This document shows positions 1 to 8,903 of a stretch of 64,000 nt of DNA, piece after piece; position 1 is the first letter of the stretch; each line of letters begins with the position of its first letter. Below the pieces are notes generated by a model that had not been told where the DNA came from, ran no database searches, and worked only from the letters and a program-made list of their open reading frames with translations. Source of the stretch: an uncultured SAR86 cluster bacterium (lineage in GTDB: Bacteria > Pseudomonadota > Gammaproteobacteria > Magnimaribacterales > Magnimaribacteraceae); assembly GCA_902532015.1 (NCBI GenBank), contig CACAGI010000001.1, positions 57,639-121,638 on the forward strand, written 5' to 3'. The position numbers and the translations under genes are program-made.

Positions 1-362
1 GCTTTTGCTAGTCCGTCTAGATCAGATGTTAAAGGAGCGTCATACTGCAGATGGTAAGTTGCATGATCACCAACAATATTTATCATGGGCGTCCTAGCTT
101 TCTTTGCATTATGTGTATTAGCGAATCCATTACCAAACCCTGGACCTAGATGTAGTAAATTTGCAGCAGCTTTACCAGACATCCTTGCATAGCCATCTGC
201 AGCACCAGTGACAACACCTTCAAACAAACCTAACACAGGTCTTACTTCGGGATGGTGGTCTATAGCTGCAACCAAATGCATTTCTGAGGTGCCAGGGTTT
301 GCAAAAACAACTTCTAGGCCATTGGCAATCAAAGTCTTTAATAGGGCGTCAGCAGAATTCAT
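1..362 (-). CDS. Thiamine-diphosphate-dependent enzyme, N-terminal part (acetolactate-synthase-large-subunit-like). The C-terminal part lies outside the window.
   Basis: My translation of the minus strand from the ATG at 362 reads [66 protein letters not shown]... This is the typical N-terminal pyrimidine-binding domain of ThDP enzymes. The ORF runs off the window edge. Confidence 0.6.
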   Translation of the reverse strand, partial: MNSADALLKTLIANGLEVVFANPGTSEMHLVAAIDHHPEVRPVLGLFEGVVTGAADGYARMSGKAAANLLHLGPGFGNGFANTHNAKKARTPMINIVGDHATYHLQYDAPLTSDLDGLAK

Positions 363-471
363 ACACTCATTATAGACCTATGATTTTGAGTCTACTAATT
401 CTATTCAAGCAGGTTGTCTTAAGACTTCTCTGTTAGATACTCCTGCTAATTTTAAGAATTTAATTAACTGC

Positions 472-2106
472 CTAATGTCTTAGAACCTGACCTGCGCGAG
501 CACCAGTAGGTTCTCCATCAAGAACATTGACTTTGCCGTTGACAATCGTTGCTTTGAAGCCGCGTGACTTTTGGATATATCTCGGTGCGTCACCAGGAAA
601 GTCATTAACTAATACAGGTTGTAATTCAGTTACTTCTTCTGGATTAAACACATTAATGTCTGCTTTCATTCCTGCTTTTAAAATACCTCGATCGTTTAGG
701 CCTATCACTGCTGCCGGATCAGCTGTCATTCGCTTAATAGCTTGAGGAAGAGTGAATACACCTGTTTCACGTACATAATGAGAGAGTATGAAACTAGACC
801 AACCTCCATCCATAATTTGAGAAACATGCGCGCCGACATCGCCAAGCCCTGGAATGAGATGTTCGCTCGCGAAGAGATCTCCTTGCTCTTTGAGGTTACC
901 GCCAAACATGCGCCAGTTGAAAAGACCACGACCATTACTATCTCTTGACAGGCGTAAGAAAGTTTCAGACCAGTGCTCCCCAGCAGATTTTGATAGCTCG
1001 ATCAGATTCTGGGCAGAGTTATGGTCGGGCACCTCATCAAGGCCTAGAAAGTAGACTTTCTGTAGAGGAATACCACAAGATTTCGGTTCGCGGGCTTCCG
1101 TCACTAAAGCCTTACAGAAGGTCTCATCATGTATAGCCTCCAATCTAGCTTCAAAATCTTTTGCTCGCAACTCATCCCATGTGAGACCTTCCACCGGTAA
1201 GCCTGATTGGAGACCAAACATGTAGCCAGATCCACGTGTGTGACTGATGCCGGTGATATTTCGTCCATCCAAGTTCATTTCGTCAAGATGCATTGCAGCC
1301 TTAGATCCAGACCCTTCTTCACCTGAACAGCCATAGCTAAATAAAACCCTGCTTCCTTCTGTTTCAGCAACCGATCTCATTACCTCAGCTTCTGCACCAA
1401 CGAGTTGCATCAAGCCATCCCGAGGTCCGACAACCTTTGCAATCTCGACAAGCTCAGAACACTCGGCATAGGTTCCTGGAATTGCACGACCATCTGGAGC
1501 TTTATGTGGTTCGTAACGATTGGTCGAGAATCCAACTGCCCCATCTTTCATTGCTTTTTCTACAATGTCAGCCATTTGTCGCTTTTCATCCTCAGTTGCC
1601 TGCTCATCAAAAGATCTATCACCCATAACGTAATAGCGAACAGCAGAATGACCGACGAGACCAGCAACATTCAGAGAAGGTTTTAGTTCTTCTAATGTGT
1701 CTAGGTATTGACCATAGTGTTCCCAGTTCCAAGAAAGTCCTGACAGAATGGCTTGCTTAGGAATATCCTCCACCGTTTCCATCATACCTGCTAGAACTTC
1801 CACATCATCTGGCTTGCATGGAGCAAAGGTGAGTCCACAGTTTCCAATCAATGCTGTTGTAACACCGTGCCAACAAATAGGTGTCATTTCAGGGTCCCAG
1901 CCAATTTGTGCGTCCAGATGTGTATGTATATCAACAAATCCAGGTGATACCGTCATGCCTTTAGCATCAATTATCTCTTTTGCATTAGATTCAATTGAAC
2001 CTATTTCTTTAATTTCACCATCCTGAATAGCAATGTCAGCCTCGAAAGGGTTGTTACCTGTTCCATCTACTATCGTTCCATTTTTAATTAAAAGATCATA
2101 TTCCAT
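472..2106 (-). CDS. N-acyl-D-amino-acid deacylase (D-aminoacylase) family amidohydrolase
   Basis: 544-aa ORF. The N-terminus DLLIKNGTIVDGTGNNPFEADIAIQDGEIKEIG...SPGFVDIHTHLD...HGVTTALIGNCG matches the D-aminoacylase/amidohydrolase-3 metal-binding signature. Confidence 0.75.
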   Translation of the reverse strand: MEYDLLIKNGTIVDGTGNNPFEADIAIQDGEIKEIGSIESNAKEIIDAKGMTVSPGFVDIHTHLDAQIGWDPEMTPICWHGVTTALIGNCGLTFAPCKPDDVEVLAGMMETVEDIPKQAILSGLSWNWEHYGQYLDTLEELKPSLNVAGLVGHSAVRYYVMGDRSFDEQATEDEKRQMADIVEKAMKDGAVGFSTNRYEPHKAPDGRAIPGTYAECSELVEIAKVVGPRDGLMQLVGAEAEVMRSVAETEGSRVLFSYGCSGEEGSGSKAAMHLDEMNLDGRNITGISHTRGSGYMFGLQSGLPVEGLTWDELRAKDFEARLEAIHDETFCKALVTEAREPKSCGIPLQKVYFLGLDEVPDHNSAQNLIELSKSAGEHWSETFLRLSRDSNGRGLFNWRMFGGNLKEQGDLFASEHLIPGLGDVGAHVSQIMDGGWSSFILSHYVRETGVFTLPQAIKRMTADPAAVIGLNDRGILKAGMKADINVFNPEEVTELQPVLVNDFPGDAPRYIQKSRGFKATIVNGKVNVLDGEPTGARAGQVLRH

Positions 2107-2165
2107 AATTTCCCTCTAAAATTTTCTTATATCGTAAGTTTTATAAAGAAATTTAGCAAAAAAAC

Positions 2166-2420
2166 TTAGTTAATTTTCTTATATTTTTTATACAAAAATA
2201 AAGATAACCAGCCCGAGATTATAGGGATAACAGTGACTTGCGTTAAGACTAAAAAACCTACAAGACCCTCTAGAACTAATGTAGATAAAAAGTCTTGGAG
2301 ATTTGAATAGATTTTTTCGCTAAAAAGAGACCCCACTAAAACAGTTAACCAGATTGCAATATAAGACAAAGCATATAAGCCAAAAATTAGTATTCCTAAT
2401 ATTAAGAAAAATTTTTTCAT
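2166..2420 (-). CDS. Small hydrophobic membrane protein, unknown function
   Basis: 84-aa ORF with about 3 hydrophobic helices and a lysine-rich C-terminus. I recognise no family. Confidence 0.4.
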   Translation of the reverse strand: MKKFFLILGILIFGLYALSYIAIWLTVLVGSLFSEKIYSNLQDFLSTLVLEGLVGFLVLTQVTVIPIISGWLSLFLYKKYKKIN

Positions 2421-2448
2421 TATTGATTCAGTTTACCTTAAATCTTAA

Positions 2449-2523
2449 TGGGCTAGACAGGATTTGAACCTGTGACCTTCTGCTCCGGAGGCAGACGCTC
2501 TATCCTAGCTGAGCTACTAGCCC
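2449..2523 (-). tRNA. tRNA-Arg (anticodon CCG)
   Basis: The reverse complement GGGCTAGTAGCTCAGCTAGGATAGAGCGTCTGCCTCCGGAGCAGAAGGTCACAGGTTCAAATCCTGTCTAGCCCA folds as a cloverleaf. Acceptor is GGGCTAG/CTAGCCC, D stem GCTC/GAGC, anticodon stem TCTGC/GCAGA with loop CTCCGGA, T stem ACAGG/CCTGT with loop TTCAAAT. CCA is not encoded. Confidence 0.9.
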
Positions 2524-2610
2524 ATTAGAGATTATATGCTTCTTATTTTTATTTTATTAATACATTAGCCCTGATATGATCCACTTCTTTGAAAATAAAG
2601 CGGAGAATTT

Positions 2611-3792
2611 ATGGCTGGTAATTCTTGGAAATCAATAAATTGGAAAGACCCTTTTTTATTAGAACAACAACTAACAGATGATCAGCGTTTGGTTAGAGAT
2701 ACTGCACATCAGTTCGGTCAAGAAAAGCTTCTACCAGGAGTTAGAGAAGCATTCAGGAAAGAAGAAACTGATTTAAATATTTTCAAAGAGATGGGTTCTT
2801 TAGGTCTTTTGGGATCAACTATTCATGGATATGACTGCCCCGGCGTTGATTATATGAGTTATGGTCTTATCGCAAGAGAGATAGAAAGGGTGGATTCAGG
2901 TTATCGCTCTATGATGAGCGTTCAGTCCTCTTTGGTCATGTATCCAATTTATGCTTTTGGGTCTGAAGAGCAAAAAGAGAGATATTTGCCCGCCCTTTCT
3001 ACTGGAGAATTGATTGGGTGCTTTGGGCTAACTGAACCTGATTATGGCTCTGATGCAGGAGGTTTGATTACAAGGGCTAAGAGCGTCAAAGGAGGTTACT
3101 CTATTTCTGGAGCAAAAATGTGGATTTCAAACAGCCCAATAGCAGATGTTTTTGTTGTTTGGGCAAAAAATGATGAGGGCAAAATTAAGGGATTCATTCT
3201 TGAAAAAGGGATGGATGGTTTAAGTGCTCCAAAGATAGAAGGTAAGTTAGCTTTAAGGGCATCAATAACCGGACAAATAGTTATGGAAGAGGTTTTTGTA
3301 AGCGAAGATCAAATGCTACCAAACGTAGAAGGCCTAAAAGGACCTTTCAGCTGCTTAAACAACGCCAGATATGGTATTGCTTGGGGGGCTTTAGGTGCTG
3401 CTGAGACTTGTTGGCACACAGCAAGAGAATATGTAATGGACAGAAAGCAATTTGATAGGCCTTTGGGTGCCAATCAACTTATTCAACTTAAGTTAGCTGA
3501 CATGCAGACAGATATAAGCATAGGCCTACAAGGCTGTTATAGGGCCGGACAATTGATGGATGAAAATAATATTTCACCTGAGTTAATTTCTTTAATTAAG
3601 AGGAACTCAACTGGTAAAGCTTTAGAAATAGCGAGACACGCTAGAGATATGCTAGGGGGAAATGGAATTTCTGATGAATATCCCATTATGCGTCACATGG
3701 TAAATTTAGAAGTAGTAAACACTTATGAAGGCACCAACGATATCCATGCTTTGATTTTAGGTAGAACTCAAACAGATATCCCTGCGTTTTAA
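2611..3792 (+). CDS. gcdH: Glutaryl-CoA dehydrogenase (acyl-CoA dehydrogenase family)
   Basis: 393 aa. [23 protein letters not shown]..., [13 protein letters not shown] and the C-terminal [14 protein letters not shown] are typical of the GCDH subgroup of acyl-CoA dehydrogenases. Confidence 0.8.
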   Translation: MAGNSWKSINWKDPFLLEQQLTDDQRLVRDTAHQFGQEKLLPGVREAFRKEETDLNIFKEMGSLGLLGSTIHGYDCPGVDYMSYGLIAREIERVDSGYRSMMSVQSSLVMYPIYAFGSEEQKERYLPALSTGELIGCFGLTEPDYGSDAGGLITRAKSVKGGYSISGAKMWISNSPIADVFVVWAKNDEGKIKGFILEKGMDGLSAPKIEGKLALRASITGQIVMEEVFVSEDQMLPNVEGLKGPFSCLNNARYGIAWGALGAAETCWHTAREYVMDRKQFDRPLGANQLIQLKLADMQTDISIGLQGCYRAGQLMDENNISPELISLIKRNSTGKALEIARHARDMLGGNGISDEYPIMRHMVNLEVVNTYEGTNDIHALILGRTQTDIPAF

Positions 3793-3879
3793 GTTAAATT
3801 TAGTTTAATTAGAAGGAAGACTAAGCAAAATTCTTGCTTTATAATGCCCATGTCCAGCCTGCTAATATCTAAGTAAAAT

Positions 3880-4461
3880 ATGAAATATTCAAGATTATTG
3901 TTAATTACAATTTCCTTTCTTATAACTGTTGGCGCTTCTGAAGCTGAAAAAGCTATTGAAAAAAGGATTGCTCCTGTTGGGTCTATTTGCGTTGAAGGTC
4001 AAGATTGCGGCTCTGCTATTGCACCTGCTGTTCAAGTATCTAGTACATCTAGTTTACCTAAAATTCAGTTATCTGAAGGATCGAATCACACAGTACAGAT
4101 GTTGAACTCAGGACCAGGTGGAACAATGGTATTTGACCCGCCGGTTATAAAAGTTTCTGTTGGAGATACTATCTTATTTAAATCAACCGACCTATCTCAT
4201 AATTCAGCTTCTATAGCTGGAATGATTCCAGATGGTGCCTCCAGTTGGGCAGGAATGTTGAGTCAAGATATTTCAGTTACCCTAGATAAAGAGGGCGTTT
4301 ATGTTTATCAATGTGATCCCCATGTCATGATGGCTATGGTTGGAGTTATCCAGGTTGGAGAGGCAACAAATTTAGACGCAATTAAAACAGCAGCTGCTTC
4401 TAAAAAATCTACGTTCATAATGAGTGCAGATCGTTTAGATAACTATTTATCTCAGTTATAA
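3880..4461 (+). CDS. Pseudoazurin-type blue copper protein with signal peptide and an extra N-terminal segment
   Basis: The C-terminal 125 aa align by eye with pseudoazurin (VQMLNSGPGGTMVFDPPVIKVSVGDT...SHN...YVYQCDPHVMMAMVGVIQVG). The His/Cys/His/Met copper ligands are present. There is an N-terminal signal peptide. Confidence 0.75.
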   Translation: MKYSRLLLITISFLITVGASEAEKAIEKRIAPVGSICVEGQDCGSAIAPAVQVSSTSSLPKIQLSEGSNHTVQMLNSGPGGTMVFDPPVIKVSVGDTILFKSTDLSHNSASIAGMIPDGASSWAGMLSQDISVTLDKEGVYVYQCDPHVMMAMVGVIQVGEATNLDAIKTAAASKKSTFIMSADRLDNYLSQL

Positions 4462-5157
4462 GTTTTTAATTAATTCTGGCAAAGAATACCAATCAGAAAA
4501 TTCAGCTATTTGAATTCCTTCAATAGGAAATTCTGTTTTTTCTTCATTAAACCAGACAGGAGTCATGCCAAAGTCTAGGCTAGCCTTGACGTCATTTAGT
4601 GGATGATCCCCAATATGGCAAATTTCATGGGGCTTTAGTTTTGTTTTGTTAATAACAGCTTCAAACATAATAGGATCAGGTTTATGTGCATTTAAGTCTG
4701 CAGCCGAGAATATATAATCAAAGAAATAGTCTATTCCTATAACCTTAAGGTCAGCATTTCCATTTGTTACTACCCCTAAAATATATTCTTGCTTAAGTAA
4801 CTCTAGTGTTTCAAGGACACCTTCATAAAAAGTAACGGTATTTCTTCCTTTGAAATATATTTCAAAAGCTTTTCTTGCCATCTCCTTTGACTCCTCCTTC
4901 TCATATCCGGCTCTAACATTTAACTCATAAAACATTAGTTTTCTTAAATCTGATATTTGATTTACAAGATTAGGATCACCTTTGATCAATTGATCTCTTA
5001 TCTCCATTACATCAGGTTTTCCAAAAAACATTGCCGTTCCGGGATAATTTTCTTCAATCCATTTGTTTGTAGCTTCTTCCGCTTTCATAATATTCGGCAT
5101 TAAAGGCCAAAAAGTATCATCAAGATCAAACGAAATGGATTTAATTGTCATCATCAT
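4456..5157 (-). CDS. yigB: HAD-superfamily hydrolase, YigB-like
   Basis: The DxD motif (FDLDDTFW), the later GVVTNGN and the GDHPLNDV motifs are present. It sits downstream of xerC, as in the conserved dapF-yigA-xerC-yigB arrangement. Confidence 0.7.
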   Translation of the reverse strand: MMMTIKSISFDLDDTFWPLMPNIMKAEEATNKWIEENYPGTAMFFGKPDVMEIRDQLIKGDPNLVNQISDLRKLMFYELNVRAGYEKEESKEMARKAFEIYFKGRNTVTFYEGVLETLELLKQEYILGVVTNGNADLKVIGIDYFFDYIFSAADLNAHKPDPIMFEAVINKTKLKPHEICHIGDHPLNDVKASLDFGMTPVWFNEEKTEFPIEGIQIAEFSDWYSLPELIKNL

Positions 5158-6052
5158 TTCCTTTCTTAGCTCTTGGATGAGTCTGATCGTAAACTTTTGA
5201 AAGATGCTGAAAATCTAACTTTGTGTAAATTTGAGTGGTACCTATATCTGAATGACCAAGCATTTCTTGTATGGCTCTCAAGTCTCCACTTGATTCTAAA
5301 ACATGGCTAGCGAAAGAGTGTCTAAGCATGTGAGGATTAATCCCCGGCAGTCCTCGCATTAAACATAATTTTTCTAACCTAAGTTGGACAGATCTCGGAG
5401 AAATCCTATTACCTTTATTATTTAAAAAAAGAGCTTCGGTGTCTGTTTGCTTAGAGTATAGAAGCTCTTTTCTATGCAACATCCAATCCCTAATCGATTG
5501 TATTGCTTTTTTTCCTACCGGGATGTCTCTAGTTTTCTTGCCTTTTCCGATGACCCTGCAGATTCGTTCTTTAATATCTAAACTGCTTATATCTAAATTA
5601 CATAATTCAGATAGTCTAAGCCCTGATGAATATAGCAATTCAGCTATAGCTTTATCTCTTACTTCAAACATACCTTTGGGCTTAAAATCTAATAATCTTT
5701 GAACCAAGTCTGCATCCATTGCTTTAGGCAAAAGGCTTGGCGATTTAGGTGAGCTAATATTTTCTGCTGGACTCTTGTCTATTAGCTGTTCTTGTAACAA
5801 ATAATTAAAAAAGCTTCTGTATGAAGAGAGAATTCTCTGAATACTTCTAGGACTTAGCCCTCTTCTTCTTTCTTTATTAACATAGATACGAATGTCGCTT
5901 TCTTTAACTTCTTGCCATGACTTGATACCAGAATTTGATAAAAAATATAAAAGTTTACCTAAATCTCTTTCATAGCTATCAGTAGTATTATGGGAAAGTT
6001 GCTTTACTGTCTTTAGATAAGATAAAAAGTCTTTTATTTTTTCGTCAAACAT
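5141..6052 (-). CDS. xerC: Tyrosine recombinase XerC
   Basis: 303 aa with an N-terminal SAM-like domain and a C-terminal catalytic region (ARLxxL..., HMLRHSFASHVL, LGHSDIGTTQIYT). Lies in dapF-yigA-xerC synteny. Confidence 0.85.
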   Translation of the reverse strand: MFDEKIKDFLSYLKTVKQLSHNTTDSYERDLGKLLYFLSNSGIKSWQEVKESDIRIYVNKERRRGLSPRSIQRILSSYRSFFNYLLQEQLIDKSPAENISSPKSPSLLPKAMDADLVQRLLDFKPKGMFEVRDKAIAELLYSSGLRLSELCNLDISSLDIKERICRVIGKGKKTRDIPVGKKAIQSIRDWMLHRKELLYSKQTDTEALFLNNKGNRISPRSVQLRLEKLCLMRGLPGINPHMLRHSFASHVLESSGDLRAIQEMLGHSDIGTTQIYTKLDFQHLSKVYDQTHPRAKKGNDDDN

Positions 6053-6715
6053 TTAGTAGTTGTTTCTTTCTATTAGATTAGCTAATACCTGTGAAATGAA
6101 TTCTAGAAACATAGAATCGTAATCTTCGGAGTAAGTACCATGTTTTTTTGAACCAAGTGCTAACAATCCAGGGCAATCTTTGTTCTTTATAGGCACTAAA
6201 ACGCACTCTACGATTCCTGATTTTTTATAAAAGATATAGTCAGATTCTTTTTTATTTATTGGGCCACAATATATATCTGCAGCATTATATTTTTTACCAA
6301 ATACCCGATGGGCTTCTTTAGGATTAACAATCCTTCCTTTAGGAAGGTTTGTATTTTCTCTAAAAAAAATTAATTTACATTTATCAGCTTGAAAGTTTTT
6401 TTCAAAACGTCTTTCAGTTAGCGAAATTATATCTGTGGAATTTTTACATAAGATCAAATCTAAAATTAATTTCTTAGTCCTTATAAAGATATTTTCATTA
6501 TTTTTAGCTATTTCTATTAATCCCAGAAGATTATTAGTCGTAGAGTTATAGTTTTCACGCAGTAACTCAACTTGCTTTTGAATTAGAGAAACAGCTCCAC
6601 CAGTTTCATGGACGATCTCAAGCGCATTAAGAATATGTGAGTTTTTAGATAAGAAGTCAGGGTTGAGTATAAGAAATTGTTCTACTTCTTTCTCATTTAA
6701 AGATTTCTTAGTCAT
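6053..6715 (-). CDS. DUF484 (YigA-like) protein
   Basis: 220 aa. It begins VEQFLILNPDFL, as DUF484 proteins do, and sits between dapF and xerC as in E. coli yigA. Confidence 0.65.
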   Translation of the reverse strand: MTKKSLNEKEVEQFLILNPDFLSKNSHILNALEIVHETGGAVSLIQKQVELLRENYNSTTNNLLGLIEIAKNNENIFIRTKKLILDLILCKNSTDIISLTERRFEKNFQADKCKLIFFRENTNLPKGRIVNPKEAHRVFGKKYNAADIYCGPINKKESDYIFYKKSGIVECVLVPIKNKDCPGLLALGSKKHGTYSEDYDSMFLEFISQVLANLIERNNY

Positions 6716-7542
6716 TGTATCGATATGTTTATTTGTTCAATAAACTGAGCCTCGCCTTTAGCTATTATTTCTCTGTTCTCTATATTGTAATCTATAAATA
6801 TACTTCCTTTCTCAAACTTAATTTTAACTGGGCTTTCAATAGTTTGATCATTTATGGCTATCAATGCTGCTGCACAAGCGCCACTTCCACAGGCTAAAGT
6901 TTCTCCTGCTCCTCTCTCATATACCTTAAGTTGTATCTCATTTTTAGAAAGGATTTTTCCTACACCGAAATTTACCCCTTCAGGAAACCATTCACTGTTT
7001 TGTAATACTTCACCGACTTTTTTTAAAGAAATACCTTCATTAAGCTCTTTGAAGCTAACCGCATGAGGATTTCCTAGATCGATAACAGCTAGCTCTATTT
7101 CTTGATCCTCAACCTTGATGATGTGTTTATTATTATAATTTTCTGGAGGTAAATTATTTTTTATTGCAGAGTTGTTTGGGTTAGAAAACTTTACAGAATA
7201 CTCCCCATCATTATGGGCTTTTAGGTTCCATAAACCGCCTAACGTAGAAACGATTAGATCATTTTTAGATACTAACCCTTCCTCGATTACAAATTTAGTT
7301 AGGCATCTCGCTCCATTGATGCAGTTCTCTGCGATTGATCCATCAGTATTAAATATCTCTACAGATAAATCCACATCGGGCCTTTCTGGGGGAAGGACAC
7401 TTATCAGTTGATCAAATTCCACTTCTTTCAATGCAGCTATTTTAATAACTTCTTCTGAGGAAAGGGTTAAATCTTCTCTTAGTAAATCGACTAAGGCGAT
7501 TAAATTCCCTAAACCGGAATAAATATAAAGGTTTAGATCCAT
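6712..7542 (-). CDS. dapF: Diaminopimelate epimerase
   Basis: 276 aa. It has GLGNLIALVD, NxDGSIAENCINGARC and ACGSGACAA, which contain the two catalytic Cys motifs. Confidence 0.9.
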   Translation of the reverse strand: MDLNLYIYSGLGNLIALVDLLREDLTLSSEEVIKIAALKEVEFDQLISVLPPERPDVDLSVEIFNTDGSIAENCINGARCLTKFVIEEGLVSKNDLIVSTLGGLWNLKAHNDGEYSVKFSNPNNSAIKNNLPPENYNNKHIIKVEDQEIELAVIDLGNPHAVSFKELNEGISLKKVGEVLQNSEWFPEGVNFGVGKILSKNEIQLKVYERGAGETLACGSGACAAALIAINDQTIESPVKIKFEKGSIFIDYNIENREIIAKGEAQFIEQINISIQ

Positions 7543-7545
7543 AGT

Positions 7546-8784
7546 TTATAAGTTAGTTTCGAGTGCAATTAAGTCTTCAAAACTTTCCCTTCTTTTAATT
7601 AGTTTAGCGGAAGAGCCATTCACTAGTATTTCAGGTACTTTTAATCTTGAATTGTAATTAGAGCTCATCACTGATCCATATGCTCCAGCGTCCATAAAAG
7701 CAATAAAATCCCCTTGTGAAATAGATAATTCTCTTTCTTTAGCCAACACATCTGAACTTTCACAAACAGGACCCACTAATTCATATATTTTTTTATCTAA
7801 ATCTCTTTTTTTTACCTCTTTCACAGTATGCCATGCATCGTAAAGTGCTGGTCTCATTAAATCATTCATACCGGCATCTATAATCGCAAAATTTTTATGT
7901 TCAGTTAATTTTAAATATTCAACTTTTGAAACAAGAATACCGGCGGTGCCGGTAATTGATCTGCCTGGCTCTAAGATAATATTTAGATCTAATGCACTGA
8001 TTTTATTTAATATTTCTAAAATCAAAGACTCAGGATTGCCAGGGGTTTCTTCTTTGTAAGTGATACCTAAGCCTCCTCCAATATCCAAGAATTCTAATTT
8101 ATGTTCATCTTTAATGAGCAGTTTTTGTGCATCTAGTAAATGCTCTAGACTTTTTATAATTAAGCTATTATCAGAGATTTGAGATCCAATATGACAAGCT
8201 ATGCCAGAAATTTTTATTAAAGGCTTGTCTTTAGCTTTTGAAGATATATTTTGCAGAGTTTCACTGCCTACACCAAATTTTGACGTTTTAAGTCCAGTTT
8301 CAATATATTTATGAGAGCCGGTTGGTATATCTGGGTTAATTCTTATTGCGCATTGAACCTCTTTATTTAAGTTTTGAGAGATATTGCATACACGATCAAA
8401 TTCATCTTCTGATTCTATATTTATAGAAAAAATTCCTTCATTTATAGCTAATTCAAGGTCCTCTGATGATTTAGCTACACCAGAAAAAATTATTTTTTTT
8501 GGATCTGCTCCAGCTTGAATACATCTTTTTAACTCATTACCAGAAACTACATCAAATCCAGAACCCAAATCCACAAGCTCTTTAAGTATGTGAATATTCG
8601 AGTTAGCCTTTACGGCATAGCAAATTAGATCGCCTTTTCTTAATGCACCTGTGTATTTATTAAAATTATTTCTAATTTCTGAGGCGGAGTATATAAAGGC
8701 AGGCGTACTATAGTTGTTAGCAATTTCGGAGACAGGTAAATCGTCTACGTATAATTGTCCTTCTTTTTCGTTAAATCCTTCCAT
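7546..8784 (-). CDS. lysA: Diaminopimelate decarboxylase
   Basis: 412 aa. It has YAVKANSN (PLP lysine), DIGGGLGI, EPGRS and CESSD motifs. It lies upstream of dapF. Confidence 0.9.
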   Translation of the reverse strand: MEGFNEKEGQLYVDDLPVSEIANNYSTPAFIYSASEIRNNFNKYTGALRKGDLICYAVKANSNIHILKELVDLGSGFDVVSGNELKRCIQAGADPKKIIFSGVAKSSEDLELAINEGIFSINIESEDEFDRVCNISQNLNKEVQCAIRINPDIPTGSHKYIETGLKTSKFGVGSETLQNISSKAKDKPLIKISGIACHIGSQISDNSLIIKSLEHLLDAQKLLIKDEHKLEFLDIGGGLGITYKEETPGNPESLILEILNKISALDLNIILEPGRSITGTAGILVSKVEYLKLTEHKNFAIIDAGMNDLMRPALYDAWHTVKEVKKRDLDKKIYELVGPVCESSDVLAKERELSISQGDFIAFMDAGAYGSVMSSNYNSRLKVPEILVNGSSAKLIKRRESFEDLIALETNL

Positions 8785-8898
8785 GGATATTTAGAACAAT
8801 AGCTGATTCATTTGGCAGGCTGAGTGGAACTTTATTACCACATGCACTAGTGTTTATTGCTAAGAAAACCAATAGTAATGTGTAGATTAAATACCTCA
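8770..8898 (-). CDS. Small lipoprotein of the LptM/YifL/LppL type (not in the ORF track)
   Basis: My translation is MRYLIYTLLLVFLAINTSACGNKVPLSLPNESAIVLNIHGRI. It has a signal peptide plus lipobox (TSAC), then CGxKxPLxLP as in YifL/LppL. It sits directly upstream of lysA (lppL-lysA-dapF in Pseudomonas) and its stop overlaps the lysA start. Confidence 0.55.
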
Positions 8899-8903
8899 TT
8901 AGA

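Noticed and set aside
5141-6052. The tyrosine recombinase as a sign of an integrated mobile element, together with tRNA-Arg at 2449-2523 as an island attachment site.
   Set aside because: The recombinase sits in the conserved housekeeping dapF-yigA-xerC-yigB block, so it is XerC. The tRNA is flanked by ordinary metabolic genes, and I could see no direct repeat of its 3' end.
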